Shown here one piece after another: positions 26,709-39,700 of a stretch of DNA of 64,000 bases. This DNA comes from the human T2T-CHM13v2.0 reference genome, Homo sapiens, in assembly GCF_009914755.1 (NCBI RefSeq), contig NC_060928.1; one strand, 5' to 3'. The position numbers and the translations under genes are program-made. Below the pieces are notes generated by a model. It made no database searches. It was not told where the DNA came from and was given only the letters and a program-made list of their open reading frames with translations. Numbering within the stretch: the stretch's first letter is position 1; each line of letters starts with the position of its first letter.

Positions 26709-27831
26709 AGTAGAAATAAAAACAATGTCACACATTATTCATCTAGTTTTTGGAAAAAAGTCAATACTTGAACATGAAAACAATTGAACTATTAAGAAAT
26801 AAATGTTTGAAGAGAAGTCAAGTTTTTGAGACAAAGACATTCTAACAAATAACCCTCCTCAATCTTATGAAATTATTTCATATAATTGCATACATTCTGG
26901 AAACTCCATTTCACTATGATGCTTTCTTCAGCTTATATGTTCAGGAATATATATAAAATAACTTATCTTGATTTATGTGATCCCTCAAATTATTATCTAA
27001 TTTCTTCTTTTCATGTGTCACAGACTTTGTGTCCCCATTTGATCATCCTATCAGAAAAATCACCAAGACACCTAATTTCAGTTGCCATATACTAATCAAT
27101 TTTATAAATGATTTACTTATAAATTTATAATGATTTACTTATAAATCATTTATAAAATTATCCATTTCCATGCTGAAAGACATAGGTGACAGGTTTTCAG
27201 AATTAAAAATTATGCAACTCTGACCATCCTTTTACATGTCTCTTTGTGTCTTATCCAACAGTTTTGATAGGCATATGTCTTGGAGTAAAATATTAGGATC
27301 TGAATATATTTCACTATATTACATAATTTTAGGTGTTTCCAAAATGTACACACTTGCCAATGTTGTATAAGCATTTTTGTTGTTTCACATGCCCTTTAAT
27401 ATGTGATATTATCAGAAATTTACTTTTATTGTCTTGATGGGTAAAAAAAAAATGGTAATTTAATTTGCATACTCTGAATATTAGTGAAATTGAACATGTT
27501 TTATATATTTAGCATTTCCTCTTCTTTGATGTTTTTTCAGGTATTTTGCCCATTTATTAATTATTGTTTTCTTTTTGCTTTAAACTTTAAAGTTTCTAAA
27601 AACTAATAATTCATTGCATTTGTGTGTTTAAGATGTCTTCTACAAGTTTTTAGGTGTGCTCTCATCATCTTATATTGTTTGATGACTAGGTTTTATTCTA
27701 AATGCATATGGAAAGTTGTGTTTCCTTTTATAATTTTTGTTATTTTATCTTAAGAGATAGTTTATATGCTGAGTTAATATTAAAATATTATATTCATTAA
27801 TCTTGAAATATTCACATACTTTTTCCTTTCC

Positions 27832-28117
27832 TTTATTTTTTCTTTTAGACAGGGTCTTGCTCTGCAACCCAGGCTGGAATGTGGCACAATTATGGCTCAC
27901 TGCAGCTTCAGTCTTCCAAACTGAAGCAATTCTCCAACCTCAACCTTCTCTTAAGTGTGTGCCACCACTCCCAGCTATTTTTTTTTTTTTTAATTTTTTG
28001 TAGAGATGGGATCTCTCTATGTTGCTCATGCAGGTCTTGAACACACAGGCTCAAGTGATTCATACCTTGGCATCCCAAAGTTTTGGGATCACAGCCATGA
28101 GCCACCTTGCCTAGCCA
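27832..28117 (-). mobile_element. Alu (AluJ-like)
   Basis: agacagggtcttgctctg...ggctcactgcagc...catgagccacc. Confidence 0.9.
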
Positions 28118-28695
28118 CAAACTATTATAAAATTACACTATAATTATTTCATTACATATTTTAAAATAGATTTTTTCATCTACATTTAAGTCTAATAAAG
28201 TAGTGTTGATTTTCTCCGTAGTGTAAGGTAGAAACTTAGCCCAGTTTTCCTAAAATATAGAGCTTAAGGGGAGGTTTAGATAATTATTTCATGAATTGAC
28301 AGATTCTGTTTATAAATGTTTGTTTACAGTTTTTAAACATATATTTGTAAATGAGACTGACTTATAATTTTCATTTTTTATACTCTTCTTGCTTTGTTTG
28401 CTTTCAAAGTATTGCCAGCATCATAAACAAAAAGATTGTATTTCATCTTATTCTCTTCTGTGGAAGGTTTTGTGTAAAATCAAAGTTATATGTTTCTTGA
28501 ATATTTTATAGAACTCACCAGGAAAATGATCTAAGCCTGTTGTTTTCTCTGTGGGAAGACTCTTAACTTTCAATTCAGGTACATTTGGTGGTTATAGGAC
28601 ATGCAGGTTTTCTATTTATTTGTGTCTTACTTGGGAAGTTGTATTTTTATAGGAACTTATCACACACCTTCTCAAATCTATTAAAATAGTATGTT

Positions 28696-29110
28696 TGTTA
28701 TAGTTTGGATCTAGTTTCCTCTAAATCTCATATTGAGTTTTGATTCCCAGTGTTAGAAGTGGAGCCTGGTGGGAGGTGATTGGATCATGGTGAATTTCTC
28801 ACGAATGGTTTAATGCCATCCCCTTAGTGCTACCCTTGCATTAGTGAGTTCTTGGAACATCTGGATATTTCACTGTTTAAAAGTGTGTGGCATCATCCTC
28901 CTACCTCTCTCTTGCTCCTGCTGTGGCCATGTTATATGTCAGCTCCCTCCTTTGCCTTCCACCATGATTGTCAGCTTCCTGAGGCCTCCCTAGAAGCACA
29001 GCAGATGCCTGGTGCCATGTTTCCTGTACAGCCTGCAGAACTGTGAGCCAATAAACCTCTTTTTTTTGATGAATCACCTAGTCTCAGTTCTTTCTTTATG
29101 GCAACAGAAT
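28696..29110 (+). mobile_element. MST (MSTB-like) MaLR solo LTR
   Basis: tgttatagtttggat...ggagcctggtgggaggtgattggatcatgg...gcttcctgaggcctccctagaagc...gcctgcagaactgtgagccaataaacc. Confidence 0.88.
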
Positions 29111-29466
29111 GTTCATATCATTCTTGTATGTTTTATTTTAATTATAAAAATTGTAAATATACACATAAACATAGGTAATATAATTGGACACCACATGCTC
29201 ATAATTTAAATTCAAAATTTTAACAAAAGTTTGCCAAACTCACTTTATCTCTTATCTTTATCATTTTAAATCAAGTCCCAAATCTTATGTCACTTCATTT
29301 TACTACAATTTAGTAGGCATTTTTAAGCAATTTGTCCTTTTTTTTACTTAAACACAATTCCATTAACAAAACTTTTCTTAATACCTTATAATATGTAGTT
29401 CATATTCATGTTTCATTTACTTGTTATATCTTTTAAGCCTCTCCTAAATAAATAGCCCCTACTTGT

Positions 29467-29775
29467 ATTATTATTATTATTATTTTTATTTTTGAGACAG
29501 AGTCTCACTCTGTCACACAGGCTGGAGTGCAGTGGTGCAATCTTGGCTCGCTGCAACCTCCACCTCTCAGGTTCAAGTGATTCTCATGCCTCAACCTCCT
29601 GAGTAGCTGGAATTACAAGTGCATGACACCATGCCCAGCTAATTTTTGTATTTTTAGTAGAGAGGGAGTTTTGCCATGTTAGCCAGGCAGATATCAAACT
29701 CCCGACCTCAAGTGATCTGCCTGCCTTGGCCTCCTGAAGTGCTAAGATCACAGGTGTGAGCCACCATGCCTGGCC
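29467..29775 (-). mobile_element. Alu (AluS-like)
   Basis: (TAT)n tail; TSD cctacttgtatt on both sides. Confidence 0.95.
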
Positions 29776-31109
29776 ACCTACTTGTATTTTCATAATGCCA
29801 TTGACTTTTTGAAGAAATTTGATCATTCACCCAGTCGAATGTCCCACTCTCTGCATTCTTTACTTGTGTTGTCACTTAACTTGTTCTGTTGCTTTTGTAT
29901 ACCCTGTAATATAAGATATTAACTCCAAAAGATTAATTGGATTTAATTGTGTTCTTTTCCCTTAGAATATTCATACATGGTCTATTTGAACTTCATATTA
30001 TGTCACATTCAGAAGCACATATAATATCTAGTTGTGAATAAATGAGTGGTTCAGGTAATGACAGCCTTGTGACTACATTAAATTTCATCAGCTGTATACA
30101 TCTAGTGGTTTAATCCATGAATAATCTTATCTTGAATCAATAAATTATTTAAAGGTTGAAAAACCGTGATTTTCTAGTACAATATTTACTTGTAAAATTG
30201 TTTATTAAAATTCATCTGTAATGATTATTTTTTCTCGTGAACTAGTCATATATTTAATCTGAAATACAACTCATACAAAAAATGTAAGAAATTTCAAATT
30301 ATTTTTCAAACAATGAGACTAATTACATCAATAGGTGTCCAATTTATTCTGGTTTTATTCTCACTCTGTGTTTCTCATAACATTAAGAACTCATTTTTCA
30401 ATCAGTCCAATTGGAGAAGCATTTTTTAAAGTTCAGTGGGATCCCTTTTATATTGTTTTTGTGTCCTTTTGACAAAACCAAAATATTTTTAATAGCATCT
30501 TTATTTTATGTCACAAAACATCCTAAGTTCCTTACTGTCAGTATTCTGTACATGACTTAGAATCAGCAACTTCTTTCAAGAAACCCCCTTTTTTTTTGTT
30601 TGCTTTTTCATGGATAGTGATATTTTGTAATCACTATTTAAGAATAGGATAATCATTGCTATTTGGATTTTTTATTGCTTAGCAGTTTATAAATATGCCA
30701 CATACTTAGCAGTTTATAAATATGTGTGTCTGTGTGTGCATTCATAAGTTTGTATTACAATACTAAAAATAATGTTTATGTTATTTCCAATTAATTATAA
30801 CATTACAGTGTTTGTAATGTAACCTCTTAGATTACTATAGTTTTCTGTATAGTTTTCTGTTTTACCAAAAAAATTTGTAGCTAACAACATAAATATTTTG
30901 TTAATTTATCATGTATATATATATAAATAGTAATATGTATCTATGTAAAATTGTTTGAAAATAATAATAGCAATATCATTAATAACAATTCAAAGAAAGA
31001 ATAAAACTTCAAATTCATTTCTGGTATTTGTTTTTAGAATATGTCACACCAAGTAGAAATAATCAAAATGCTGTGTTCTACAGTAAGGTAAAATAAATTC
31101 TTCTTTGTG

Positions 31110-31699
31110 TAATACATTAGGCAGAATAACAGAGTCCCAAAGATGTCTGCATTGTAATTCCAATAACTTGTGAATATATTACCTTACATTGTGAAATGGG
31201 ATTAAGGTAGCAATTAAAATTAAGGTTGATAATCAGCCATCCTTAAAAACTTTGAAATTGGGAGATATTCTGGATTATGTGGATGGGCCCAATGCAATCC
31301 TATGAGTTCTTAGAATAAGAAGAGGGTGCAGAATACTGGGTAGAAACATGCCCCATGAGCAGAACTTCTCTGGCTTGAAGCTGGGTGAATGAGGCCATGT
31401 GTCAAAAAATCCAACACCTCTAGATGCTGGAAACAGCCTTCTGGTACAGACAGCAAAAAAAAAAAACAAAACAGAGACTTTATTCCTATCACTGCATGGA
31501 ACTGAGTTTGGCTAACAACAAAAATAATCAGGCCAAGAAGTATATCCTAAACGCTTCAGAGAGGAACAAAACATGCTGTCATCTTGACTTTATTCCAGTG
31601 ACACCTATACTAGAATTCTGATCTATAGAACTATAAAACAATGAATTTGTGCTGTTTTAAACCAATAATTTGTTACAACAGAACCAGAAAACTAATACA
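31110..31699 (+). mobile_element. MLT1D/E-like MaLR solo LTR
   Basis: ggcagaataacagagtcccaaagatgtc...gtgaatatattaccttacat...ggattatgtggatgggcccaatg...aactaataca. Confidence 0.8.
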
Positions 31700-32038
31700 T
31701 GTGGCTATATCAACAGTTTATGTACAGTTAAATTTCAGTTTTTCATATTTTATTTTTAAAATATTAAATATTTGTTTTCAATGCCAAATTTATAGTAAAA
31801 GTATAATAGATAAAATATTATAGTCCTAGTTTCTTCCATTTTTTTCTGTATCTTCCGCAAGTAAAGTTTTTTATGTTGTGTTTTTTAATAAACAATGATA
31901 GGCATATGTGCATGCATCATTTGTCTGTCAATCTATGTTTTTCCCTACTCATTCCTTGTACAGCTGTATAAGATTTTCAAAGATCTCTTTGTCTTCCTTG
32001 TTCTCGTTCTGATAAATCTAAATTAGGACTTGATTTCC

Positions 32039-32349
<311 letters not shown>

Positions 32350-33363
32350 TGATTTCCTTTTAATATTATACCAACTGGTTCTGCCATTTATCTTAATCAG
32401 ACTTTCATAATTTTAATGTCGATGCTTCTCTGTGTTGTATGCTTTGATAATTTCTGATCTTTTAGTTAACTAATAAGCTTCCCAACTCTGTCTAATCTGA
32501 TTATTTAGCCAATTTATTGTGTTTTTATTTTAATTATCTTTAACTTGAAGAGGTTTTATGTTTGTTTTCCAACCAACTTGATCTTTTTATTTTACAGTTA
32601 CTTTCACTTTACTTATATATTCAGGCCTCTCTATTGCATTATGAAACATTAAGCACAGTTATTTTTGTGCTATATCTGATTATGGCAATATGGAAAGATT
32701 TATGAGTCTTATCTGTAGTTTCTTCTGATTTTACTCTTACTTATTATATTTCTTTGTGTCTTTTGTGATATTTCGACTCTGAGGTTTTTATCTATAGAAA
32801 CGTTTTGCTGCCTGGATTGAAGCTGTGTTCATTCTAATTAGATTTGCATTTTCTTCTGCCAGTCACTTAAGGATATTACCAATTTGGCACCATTTTGTAT
32901 TACGTATTCTGTTTGTGGTCTTGGATGACACAATAGTATGCACTTGGGCCTAAAACTCACTGGTGGCTGGTTTTGATTTGCAAATTCTAAGTTAGATTTT
33001 TGTTTGTTTGTTTTTCTTCATCAATACCAAGATAAACAAAAGTGTTTTTTTCGTACTTCCCTTTTGGGAGTAGGTTTTTTCCTTGTTAATATTTACACTG
33101 AGTGTGTAGTTATCTGTAATATGGTCCATCTCACACAATACATAAGCTTTAAAAGTGAAATTTAATACTTTTAAAGTCAGGATTTTCTCCTGTTTTACCT
33201 CCTCCTGCTAACATCCTCCTTCTCCTCCTCTTAATTCTGCTCCACCTTCTTATTTTATTTCATATCCATAGAGTCTTTCCTTGCCAGCTTCAAGGCATAA
33301 CATATTTTATAAGATTCAGATTAGCTACCTGTTGCAGAATTGCTGCTGGGGATGGGCACAATC

Positions 33364-35618
33364 TGTATTAGTCTATTCTCAAATTTCTATAAAGAACTAC
33401 CTGAGACTTGGTAATTTATAAAGAAAAGAGGTCTAATTGGCTCACAGTTCTGCAGGCTACATAGGCTTCTCCTTCTAGGGAGGTCTTGGGAATGCTACAA
33501 TCATGGCAGAAGGCGAAGAGGAAGCTGGCACATATTACATGGCCAGAGCAGGAGGAAGAGAGTGAAGGGGGAGGTGCTACAAACTTTTAAACAACTAGAT
33601 CTTGTGAAAACTCACTCACTGTCACGAGAACAGCAAGGGAGATATCCACCCCCATGATCTAATCACCTACCACCAGGCCCCTCCTCCAACATTGAGGATT
33701 ACAATTCAATATGAGAATTGGGCTGGGACACAAATCCAAACCGAATCATTCTGTACCAGACCTCTCCCAAATCTCATGTTCTTCTCACATTTCAAAATAC
33801 ATTCATGCCTTCTCAACAGCCACCGAAGTCTTAACTCATTTCAGCATTAACTCAAAAGACCACAGTCCAAAGTCACAACTGAGACAAGGCAAGTCCCTTC
33901 TATCTGTGAGCCTGTGAAATCAAAACTAGTTAGTGACTTCCAACATACCATGGGGGTACAGGCATTGGCCAAATACTATTGTTCCAAAAGGGAGAAATCA
34001 GCCAAAACCAAGAGGTTACAGGCCCTATGCAAGTCTGAAACCCAGCAGGGCAGTCATTAAAAGTTAAAGCTCCAAAATAATATCTTTGACTTCATGCCTC
34101 ACATCCAAGAAACACTGATGCAAGAGGTGGACTTCTGAGGCCTTGGGCAGTTCCACCCCTGTGGCTCTGCAGGGTACAGTCCCTGCAGCTACTTTCAGGG
34201 GCTAGTGTGCTGGTGTTGAGTGACTGAGGCTTTTCCAGGTGCATGATGCAAGATGTTGGTGGGCCTGTCATTCTGGGGTCAGAATGATGGTGGCCCTCTT
34301 CTCACAGCTCCATTAGGCAGTGCCCCAGTGGGGATTCCGTGTGGGGGCTCCAACCCCACATTTTCCCTCCACACTACCCTAGTAGAGGTTCTCCATGAGT
34401 GCCCCACCCCTTGCAGCAGACTTCTGCCTGGACATCCAGGTGTTTCCACACATCCTTTGAAATCTAGGTTGAGGTTCCCAAGCCTCAATTCTCACAATAT
34501 GCACACCCACAGACCTTAACACCACCTGGAAGACACTAGGGCTTATGGCCTGCATCCTCTGAATAAAATGTTTGAGCTGTACTTTGGGCCATTTTAGCCA
34601 TGGCTAGAGCTGGAGCAGTTGTGATGCAGGGTGCCATGTCCTTAGGTTGCACAGAGAAACCGGGCCCTGGGCCTGGCCCAAAAAATCATTTTTCCCTCCT
34701 ACACCTCCAGGCCTTTGATGGCAGGGGCTGCTGCAAAGGTCTTTGAAATGCCTTTGAGGAATTTTTCCCATTATCTTGGCTGTCAACATTTGGCTCCTCT
34801 TTACTTATGCAAATTTCTGCAGCTGGCTTAAATTCCTCCCCAGAAATTTTTATTTATTTATTTATTTTTTCTACCACATGGTCAGGCTGCAAATTTTTCA
34901 AACTTTAACACTCTACTTCACTTTTAAATAATTTACAGTTTCGGATCACCTCTTTGCTCACACATAACAAAAGTGACCTTGGCTCCAGTTCTTGATGAAT
35001 TCCTCATCTGCATCTGAGACCACCTCAGCCTGGAATTCATTGTCCATATCACTGTCAGCATTTTGGTCACAACCATTCAACAAATCTCTAGGAAGTTCCA
35101 AAGTTTCCCTCATCTTCCTGTTTTTTTCTGAACTCTCCAAACTGTTCCAACTTCTGCCCATTACCCAGTTCCAAAGCTGCCTCCACATTTTCAGGCATCT
35201 TTATAGCAATTCCCCACTTCTTGATACCAATTTTCTGTATTAGTCTGATCTCACATTGCTATAAAGAACTACCTGAGAATGGTAATTTATTTTAAAAAAG
35301 AGGTTTAATTGGCTCCCAGTTCTACAGGGTATATAGGCTTCTGCTTCTGGGGAGGCCTCAGGAAACTTACAGTCATGGTGGAAGGTGAAGGAAAGAAGCT
35401 GGTACGTCTTACATGGCAGAAGCAGGAAGAAGAGAGCAAAGGAGGAGGTGCTACACACTTTTAAGCAATCAGATCTCCTGAGAACTCACTATCATGAGAA
35501 CAGCAAGGGGGAGTTCTGTCCCCATGATCCAATCTCCTCCCACCAAGCCACTTCTTCAACTTTGGGGATTACAATTTGACATGAGATTGGGGTGGGGACA
35601 CAAATCCAAACGATATTA
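33364..35618 (-). mobile_element. Full MST (MSTB-like) MaLR provirus: LTR 33364-33748, internal 33749-35235, LTR 35236-35618
   Basis: Two homologous LTRs; PBS-like tggtatcaagaagtgggg at 35212-35229; flanks caatc/ccatc (near-identical 5-bp TSD); MaLR-int peptide ELPRDLLNGCDQNADSDMDNE. Confidence 0.92.
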
Positions 35619-36486
35619 CCATCTGTTGGTTATAAAGCAAGCAGCTCAGTTTTCTTATTAGACTTAAGTGCTGCTAAGCAAATCACCCTGTTTATATACA
35701 ATCACTGTGAAGCACTGCTGTTGGCATGTGTGTTTTTTTTTTTTTTAATTGTATTTGTAGAGTTTGTGGGAGTTAAACTTTTCATTACAGGCACCTTGTC
35801 TGAAACAACTTTTTTGAAATTTTTTTTGCCAATTTGAATTATTTTCCATACATATAACCCACTAGGTTTAATGATTTTTGTTTGTTTCTATTGCAGGATT
35901 CTTCTTCTCCCTGGGTAATTTATTCTCTTTTCATCTCAGCTGATACAAGTCATTGGTTCCCCACACTAATTTTATCTTGCATAAATTCTCAGGCAATTAA
36001 GCTTTGCATCTCCAGAGTTTAAGAATACTGATGGCTGCAAAGCTTCTCTGAGGATTGTCTTTAGTCTTATTTGACAGACAGTGGTTAAAGTGATGTACTT
36101 CATGAAAGGGGTCCCTTTGGGGTAATTTAGACAAGTCCTTTGACCCCTAGAACTGAATTGAAGACTGCAAAGGAATTAAATTCTGTGGCTCTGGTAGATT
36201 TGGAGCACTTGGCTCACTGTCTTCGTGAGCTTCACATGGATTAATGTGCTGTTGTCCGGCCCACTCACAGTAGGTGCTGCCCTCTGAAGGCCTTCTGGCC
36301 CTGCCTCTATCCTAAGGTCGCAGATCCCACTTCTTCTTCTGCTTCCTGGTAAAGTTTCTGGGACCTAACCTCATTGTCATCCAGCGGCTTAAGTTTTTGC
36401 CAAGGTTACAGTCGATCACCAGGTGATTACGGAGTCATAGGGGATTAATTTATTTTGTAAACAGACAAACAATATTTTAGTTCCAT

Positions 36487-36558
36487 CTTCCTCTTCACTG
36501 CCTCTGTTTCCACAAATACTTCACTTCCTCTTCACTGCCTCTGTTTCCACAAATACTT
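36487..36558. repeat. Tandem duplication, period 37 bp
   Basis: cttcctcttcactgcctctgtttccacaaatactt present twice. Confidence 0.95.
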
Positions 36559-36689
36559 TTTTTTAATTAGCTTTGCATATATGAAGTTTTGCTGTTTCAT
36601 CAGCTTTTTTTTTACCAATAACTTATGATTCAGCTTTCTTGGGCATGTTAAACAAGTTGTAACTTATTCTTACTTGTTTTAGGTTCCAC

Positions 36690-38588
36690 ATTTTATTTTT
36701 TTAAATATTATTTTTTACAATTCATATATATATATATACACACACACACATATTTTTGGGGTACATGTGGTATTTTGATAAAATTCATATAATGTGTAAA
36801 GATTAAATTAGGTAATTGGGATATCCATCATCTTAAATAGTTTTCTTTAGTCTAGGAACATTACAATGATTCTTTTCAAGCTATTTTTGAAATGCACAAT
36901 AGATTATTATTAACTATTGTCACCCTACTGGTCTTTCTGACACTAGTTCTGATTTCTTCTTTATAACTGTATATTTATGCCTATAAATCAACCTCTCTTC
37001 ATCTCCACATCCCCACTATACTTCCTGACCTCTGATACCCACCGATCTATTCTCTATCTTCATGAGATCTATTTTTTTAGCTCCCACATATGAGTAAAAA
37101 TATGTGATATTTATCTTTCTGTGCTTGGCTTATTTCATTTAACATAATGACCTCAAGTTCCATCTATATTGCTTCCAATGAGAAGATGTCATTCTTTTTT
37201 ATGGCTGAACAATATTTCATTGTGTATGTATACCACGTTATCTTTATTCATTCATCCACTGATAAACACTTAGGTTGATTCCACATTTTGGCTATTGTGA
37301 ATAGTGCGGCAATAAACATGAAGGTGCAGATATCTCTCTGATATATTAATTTCATTTGCTTTGGATATATATCCAGCAGTGAAATTGCTGAATCATAGGG
37401 TAGTTCTATTTTTAGATTTGTGAGGAGACTCTATACTCTTTTCTAAAGTGGCTGTATTAATTTTCATTTCCATCAACAGTGTATGAGAGTTACCCTTTCT
37501 CCACATCCCTAATAGCATTCATTATTCCCTGTCTTTTTATAATAGCCATTTTTAACTAGGGTCAGGTAATATCTCATTGTGGTTTTTGATTTGTATTTAT
37601 CTGATGATCAGTGATGTTGAACATATTTCATATATTTATTGGCAATTTGTATAAATTTTTTATTCAGATTTTTTATTGTTTCTAAATCAGATTTTTTTTT
37701 GGCTATTTAGTTTTTTGCTATATATATTCTATGTTATATATGCATATTCTGATATATATATATTCTATGTTAATCTTTTATCAAATTGATAGTTTGCAAA
37801 TATTTTCTTCTATTCTGTAGGTGATCACTTTGTTGTATGTTTTCTTTACTCTTCAGAAGCTTTTTTGATTAATGTAATTTCATTTGTCTTTTGCTTTTGT
37901 TGCCTATGATTTTCAGATCTTACACAAAAAATCTTTGTCCAGACCAATGTCCTGGAGCATTTCCCTAATGTTTTCCTCGAGTAGTTTCGTAGTTTTAGGA
38001 TGTAGATATAAGTCTTTGATCCATTTTGATTTGATCTTTGTATATGGTGAGAGATAGGGGTCTAGTTTCATTCTTCGGCATATGGCTATCCAATTTTCCC
38101 AGCATCATTTATTGAAGAGGGTGTCCTTTCCCCAGTGTATGTTCTTGTTGCCTTTGTCAAAAATGAGTTCTCTATAAATTTGTGGATTCACATCTGGGCT
38201 CTCTAATCTGTTCCATTGGTCTGTGTGTCTGTTTTTATACTAGTATCATGGTAACTTGGTTCCTATAGCTTTGTATATTTTGAAGTGAGGTAGTGTGATG
38301 CCTCCAACTTTTTTTTTTTTCCTCAGGATCACTTTGGCTATTTGGGGTATTTTGTGGTTCCATATAAATTTTAGAATTTTTTAAAAAAATTTAAATATCA
38401 TTGGTATTTTCAAAAAATTGCATTGAATTTGTTAATTACTCTATTACTGACATTTTAACAATATTAATTCTTTCTATCTGTGAGCATGGAATATCTTTCC
38501 ACATTTTTGTGTGTTTTCTTCAATTTCTTTCATCAGTGTTTAATAGTTTTCCTTCTATAGATCTGCCACTCCTTTGGTTAAAATAATT
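36690..38588 (-). mobile_element. L1MA-type 3' portion
   Basis: ggggtacatgtggtattttgata, ttagctcccacatatgagt, gagataggggtctagtttcattcttc, cccagcatcatttattgaag. Confidence 0.9.
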
Positions 38589-38623
<35 letters not shown>

Positions 38624-38905
38624 GGTATATATATACACATATATATGGTGTATATATACATATATATGGTATGTATATATATGCCTACTATATATATAGC
38701 ATGTGTATATATACATACACACCATATATATAATATGTGTATATATGTGTATATATACATATATAGATATGTGTATATATATGCATACCATATATATGGT
38801 ATGCATGTTTATATACGTATATACATATATATGGTATGTGTATATATATACCATATATACACATGTATATATATACCATACATACACACATATGTATATA
38901 TATAC
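38589..38905. repeat. (TG)n/(TA)n complex microsatellite with palindromic units
   Basis: (tg)n followed by variants of accatatatatggtatgtgtatatat. Confidence 0.93.
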
Positions 38906-39211
38906 CATTGCTGTCTGCAACCAATCAGACTGATTGCGGGCTACCACTGCAGTTACACGAGGTGAGCATAAAGTGGACAATGGGAAACTTCTAAGGGGTA
39001 TTTGGAACTAAGAAGATTCTGTATCTGGGACCTTGAGCCACTGCTTGGGTCTGCTCCTACACTGTGGAGTGTACTTTCATTTTCAATAAATCCCTGCTTT
39101 CGTTCTTTTGTTGCTTCATTCTTTCTTTGCTTTGCTGGGCGTTTTGTCCAATCCTTTGTTCAAAATGCCAAGAACCTGGACAACTTAGAGTCACAACCCT
39201 CTACGGTGACA
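38905..39211 (+). mobile_element. ERV1 MER4-group LTR (MER51/MER57/LTR8-like), 3' half only
   Basis: caaccaatcagactgattgcggg, tggagtgtactttcattttcaataaa, ctttgttcaaaatgccaagaacctggaca, ends ggtgaca. Confidence 0.7.
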
Positions 39212-39700
39212 CTTACGGTGTGCTAAGCGTTCTTCTGGGCATTTGGGATACCAAAGTTAAGAGATACATTTCTGCCATAATGGTCTTACACCTCTAAGCA
39301 AAGCAGTACATTATGTATAGCAATATATTAGAAAGATATATCAAAGTAGGATGACCCTCAATTGTGTGTTGGTGTGGGGCATTAGATACTTCATTAAGAG
39401 TAAGTCTCTGTGAGGTTACTATTTGATCTGAGATATAAGAGATAATAAGAATGGCAAAACAAATTTAGGAAGATTATTTGAAGCCATGAAATTAGCAAAT
39501 TAAAAGTCCTTATGGTAGGAATATGCTCAGTATATTTTAGCAACAGGGAAAATTAAATAAAAAATAAAGTAAGGAAGAAAAGGAGAAAAAAGGAAAGAAG
39601 GATAAGACTGAGTTGAGAAGAATATGTTATGTTAAGAAAAGAATAGTGGCAGATCAGTCAGATCAGTACAAAGAACTTCCACCATGTGTAATTTTGTAAG
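39212..39700 (-). mobile_element. L2 fragment
   Basis: gtgctaagcgttcttctgggcatttgggatac...tctctgtgaggttactatttgatctgaga. Confidence 0.5.

Larger units (their letters stand above)
27200..31110 (-). mobile_element. Old L1M (L1MC/ME-like) fragments hosting younger insertions
   Basis: T-rich L1-like blocks (tttaatttgcatactctgaatattagtgaaattgaacat; tagaactcaccaggaaaatgatctaagcctg); very diverged. Confidence 0.55.

Noticed and set aside
35897-35914. Possible 18-nt plus-strand microexon (tttctattgcag|...tgg|gtaatt)
   Set aside because: The donor is weak, no partner exons were found, and such motifs are expected by chance in T-rich DNA
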